A DNA stretch of 64,000 nt from Mobula hypostoma (taxonomy: Eukaryota), in assembly GCF_963921235.1 (NCBI RefSeq), contig NC_086109.1, positions 12,710,001 through 12,774,000 on the forward strand. The letters are read 5' to 3'. The notes beneath the pieces were generated by a model. It saw nothing but the letters and a program-made list of their open reading frames with translations. It was not told the DNA's origin and did not search any database. The position numbers were made by a program, and so were the translations under genes. Below are positions 60,850-64,000 of the stretch, piece after piece. How positions within the stretch are numbered: the stretch's first letter is position 1; each line of letters opens with the position of its first letter.

Positions 60850-62520
60850 GTTAAAGGAGGAGGTGTTTGCTTTCCTGAGGCAAATCAGTGTGAATATACC
60901 CCAAGGCCTGCTAACGTGTTATCTCGGACCTCACGGGAGGCAAGTACAGAAATTACTGGGGCGCTGGCAAACATAATTAAAATATATTTAGCAACAATGA
61001 TGCCTAGCGCAGGGATTGGTGCTGGGTCTGTTGTTGTTTGCATCTGTATCAGTGATCCGGATGATAATGTGGTAAAATGAATCAGCAAATTTGCAGATGA
61101 CACCAAGATTGTGTGTGTATTGCACAGTCAGGGGGGCAATCATGGCTTGCAGAGAGATCTGCAATAGATTGAAAAATGACAACATCCTTCCTATAGTGTT
61201 GCAACCAGAAATACATATTATGTTCCTAATGTGACCTAATCAGTGTTTTAGGAAGCTACAAGATGCCCTGTCAGCTTTAGCCTCCAACATGTAGAGTGAA
61301 GAAGGCAAATGTGCTGAATGCTTTCATTACCATTATGTCCACTTGTGTTGCCACTTTCAGGGAGCAATGGACTTGTTTCCCAAGAACTCTCGGTATATCA
61401 ATTCTAAAGGGATCCATCTGTTAAATTCCAGGTGATTTCAAACTCCCTGAATGTATGAGCATCATTTGAAGGCTCTGGGCCTGTGCGTGCTGGAGTTTAG
61501 AAGAATGAGGGTGGATTTTATTGAGCATTGCATTGAGCTATCGAGCATTGCAAACCCCAGTGGATGTGAACAGAGGTTCCCTACAGTGTGGGCAACTAGG
61601 ACCAGAAAGCACAGACTCAGAATGGAAGGATGTCCCTTTAAAAGAGACATGAGGAGGAACTTCTTCAGCCAGAGGGAGATGAAGCCTTTACTAATGAGAA
61701 GGATAAGATGGCGGCGCGACAGCAGCACGCGCGACCACTTCGGTGGTGATGTCTGTTATCTGTTAAGTAGGGGACCGTGCACAATTCTGATTTGATTGAG
61801 ACGGACGTGAGAGTACAGAGGAACATCTGGAAAACTTCTGAATTGCCCGCTTCGCTGCCGCTGTTACTGTATGGTAACTGGAATCTCCAGAGCAGAAGGC
61901 CCGAGGCTGGTCGGAAGCTCGAAGTTTTTGGACGGGTGGACTCAGTGTCGGCTGCTTCCAAGGCATCGGCAAGTTGACGGTGCCTGGAGGTTTATGGCAG
62001 GGAGTTTCTCCCTTTTACTGTCTGCTATCGGGGACCCGCGAGTCAATCGACTCGGGGACTTTTGAGATTTTATTTACCGTGCCCATGGTTTGTTCTTCAT
62101 CAAATCATGGTATTGCTTTGCACTGCTGTAACTATATGTTATAATTATGTGGTTCTGTCAGTGTTAGTCTTTGGTTTGTCCTGTTTTCTGTGATATCACT
62201 CCGGAGAAACATTGTATCATTTCTTAATGCATGTATGCATTTCTAAATGACAATAAAGGAGGACTGAGTGTTCTCATGATCCAAAAAAAAATCTGTGGAA
62301 TTCATTGTGACAGGCAGCTGTGGAGGTTAAGTCATTGGGTATATTTAAAATGGAATATCACAGGTTCTTGATTAGTAAGGGCATCAAAGGATACAGGAAG
62401 AAGGCAGGAGAATAGATTTAGAGATCTAATAAATCAGCCATGATGGAATCGTGGAGCAGAGTCAATGGACAGAATGGCCTAATTCTGCTCCTATGTTTCA
62501 TGGTATTATGGTCTATGATC
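60850..62520. mobile_element. CR1 fragments on both strands, the last split by a non-autonomous insertion at about 61683-62289
   Basis: SKFADDTK at about 61085; LKALGLCVLEFRRMR; the CR1 3' UTR resumes at tctgtggaattc 62290. Confidence 0.65.
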
Positions 62521-63002
62521 TCACATCATTCCTTGTTGTCTTCATATAGCTATCATTACTAATGGGTTCCCTTGCTGCTGTAGGTCACCGAAATCAAATC
62601 ACAATTATACTTTCTCCTTAAAGTCACCATTCATCTTGTATGTATCTGACAATTTCCTGCTTTCAAATTATGGTGAGTTTTCCAGGACACACACAAATAT
62701 TGCCATTGCAAAGTCACATTGTTTGCTCTCACTTACGACTGTTTCCTCGCTGCGAGAGAGACTGAAGCCCAGATTATCACACAGACACATTCTCAGTGTC
62801 ACCACTGTTGTTCTGATCAGGCATCCTTCTGTCTCCGGTGATACTGACAGACATGGAAGTTCAGTCAGATGGGAAGATGCAGAGACACAATGGAGCAGAT
62901 GAGCTGCTGAGATTCCAAACTTGTGGGTTCTGGTTGAGATACAGAACTGCTGAAATCTTCACTGTGTTTGATTTTCAGATGTTTACTGATTGTTTTCCAC
63001 AG

Positions 63003-63323
63003 AACCTGTGTCTATTCCTTTGCTTCAATTTTCTCCACCATCAAGTGGCTCAAGTTGTGCGGACTCCGTGTCAGTGTCCTGTGAGTCTGTCCATGGATCC
63101 CTTCCCATTCAGTACTCATGGTACAAAAGGACCCCATCTGCGGATTCAAAGATCTCCGATAACAATAAACTGGATCTACATTGCCAACCATTAAAATACA
63201 AAAAAGATCTCTATTATTGCAAAGCCTCAAATGTTAATGGAACAAAGTCCAGTGAAATGGTCAATGTGTCCATCTCCAACAGTGTCAGTATCTGCAGATA
63301 TGTGATTGAAGTCAACAGCACGG
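63003..63323 (+). CDS. Ig C2-type exon 2 of receptor gene 3 (gene continues beyond the window)
   Basis: Acceptor tttccacag, donor gtaagt, 321 nt phase 1-1; VSCES...WY...LHC...YYC...IC; matches ORF 62990..63343. Confidence 0.88.
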
Positions 63324-64000
63324 GTAAGTGGTGCAGAGTTTGATTCTTTGTGATGGTTGATGGAGTACAACTGCATGACCGATGCCTGTTGGATATTGTG
63401 TTGTTGGATCTTCACTCAGGAGCATGGAGTGTATGTTGTCACCACCTTTCAGAGAATGAAAAACCTTTCAGCACAGCAGTTTAAACGTGAGTCGCTCACC
63501 ACACTGTCTCCTACCTCCGATCTGCTCTCACTGGTTGGGTGTGAATGTGTCTCGTCTGGTAATATTTCTAGCCATTAATTAACATAATCCTTCTAAGATA
63601 AACCACTTCAATGTTCAAAGTAAATTTATCATCAATGTACATATATGTCTTCATATTCTACCCTGAGATCCATTTTCTCGCAGGCATTCACAGTAGATAC
63701 AAATAAATACAATAGAATCAATGAAAAATTACACATAATCAAAGATGGACAAACAACCAAAAGAAGACAACCTGTGCAAATATAAAAGAAACAAATTATC
63801 AATAAGTAAATTAATAAAAAATACTGAAAACGTAAGTTGTAGAGTCCTTGAAAGTGAGTCCATTGGTTGCAGAATCAGTTCAGTGTTGAAATGAGTGAAG
63901 TTATCTAGGTTGGTTCAGTATCCTGATGGTTGAAAGGTAATAACTGTTTCTGACCCTGGTGCTGTGACACCTCCTTCCCAATGACAGCAGCGTGAAGAAA

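Overview
Repeat-dense vertebrate genomic DNA. The CR1/HER1-like LINEs, V-SINEs, Penelope-like elements and Rex1/Babar LINEs suggest a cartilaginous fish, probably a ray (inference). The host content is part of a tandem cluster of CD300/pIgR-related Ig-superfamily receptors resembling skate MDIRs (modular domain immune-type receptors), all on the + strand. (1) The 3' end of an inhibitory receptor (stalk, uncharged TM, tail with one ITIM and two ITSM-like motifs) lies at about 1-14 kb. (2) Gene relics at 34-52 kb include an orphan C2 exon, an orphan leader exon and duplicated exon-like blocks. (3) A leader-V-C2-V-C2 gene starts at 53.9 kb, has a premature stop in V1 and runs off the window. Between them is a nested mobile-element stack at 20.3-31.8 kb. 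Its base is a Sushi/Tf1-type Ty3/Gypsy provirus whose LTRs carry a tRNA-Glu-derived cassette and whose RT-RNaseH-integrase core is replaced by about 1 kb of decayed host-like coding sequence. A DNA transposon, a Rex LINE and a CR1 with an intact 999-aa ORF2 sit inside its 3' LTR. A near-intact Penelope-like element and many of its terminal relics carry minimal hammerhead-ribozyme motifs. No prokaryotic features or CRISPR arrays were seen. Exon coordinates were read by eye from splice signals. Repeat boundaries are approximate unless a TSD is given.
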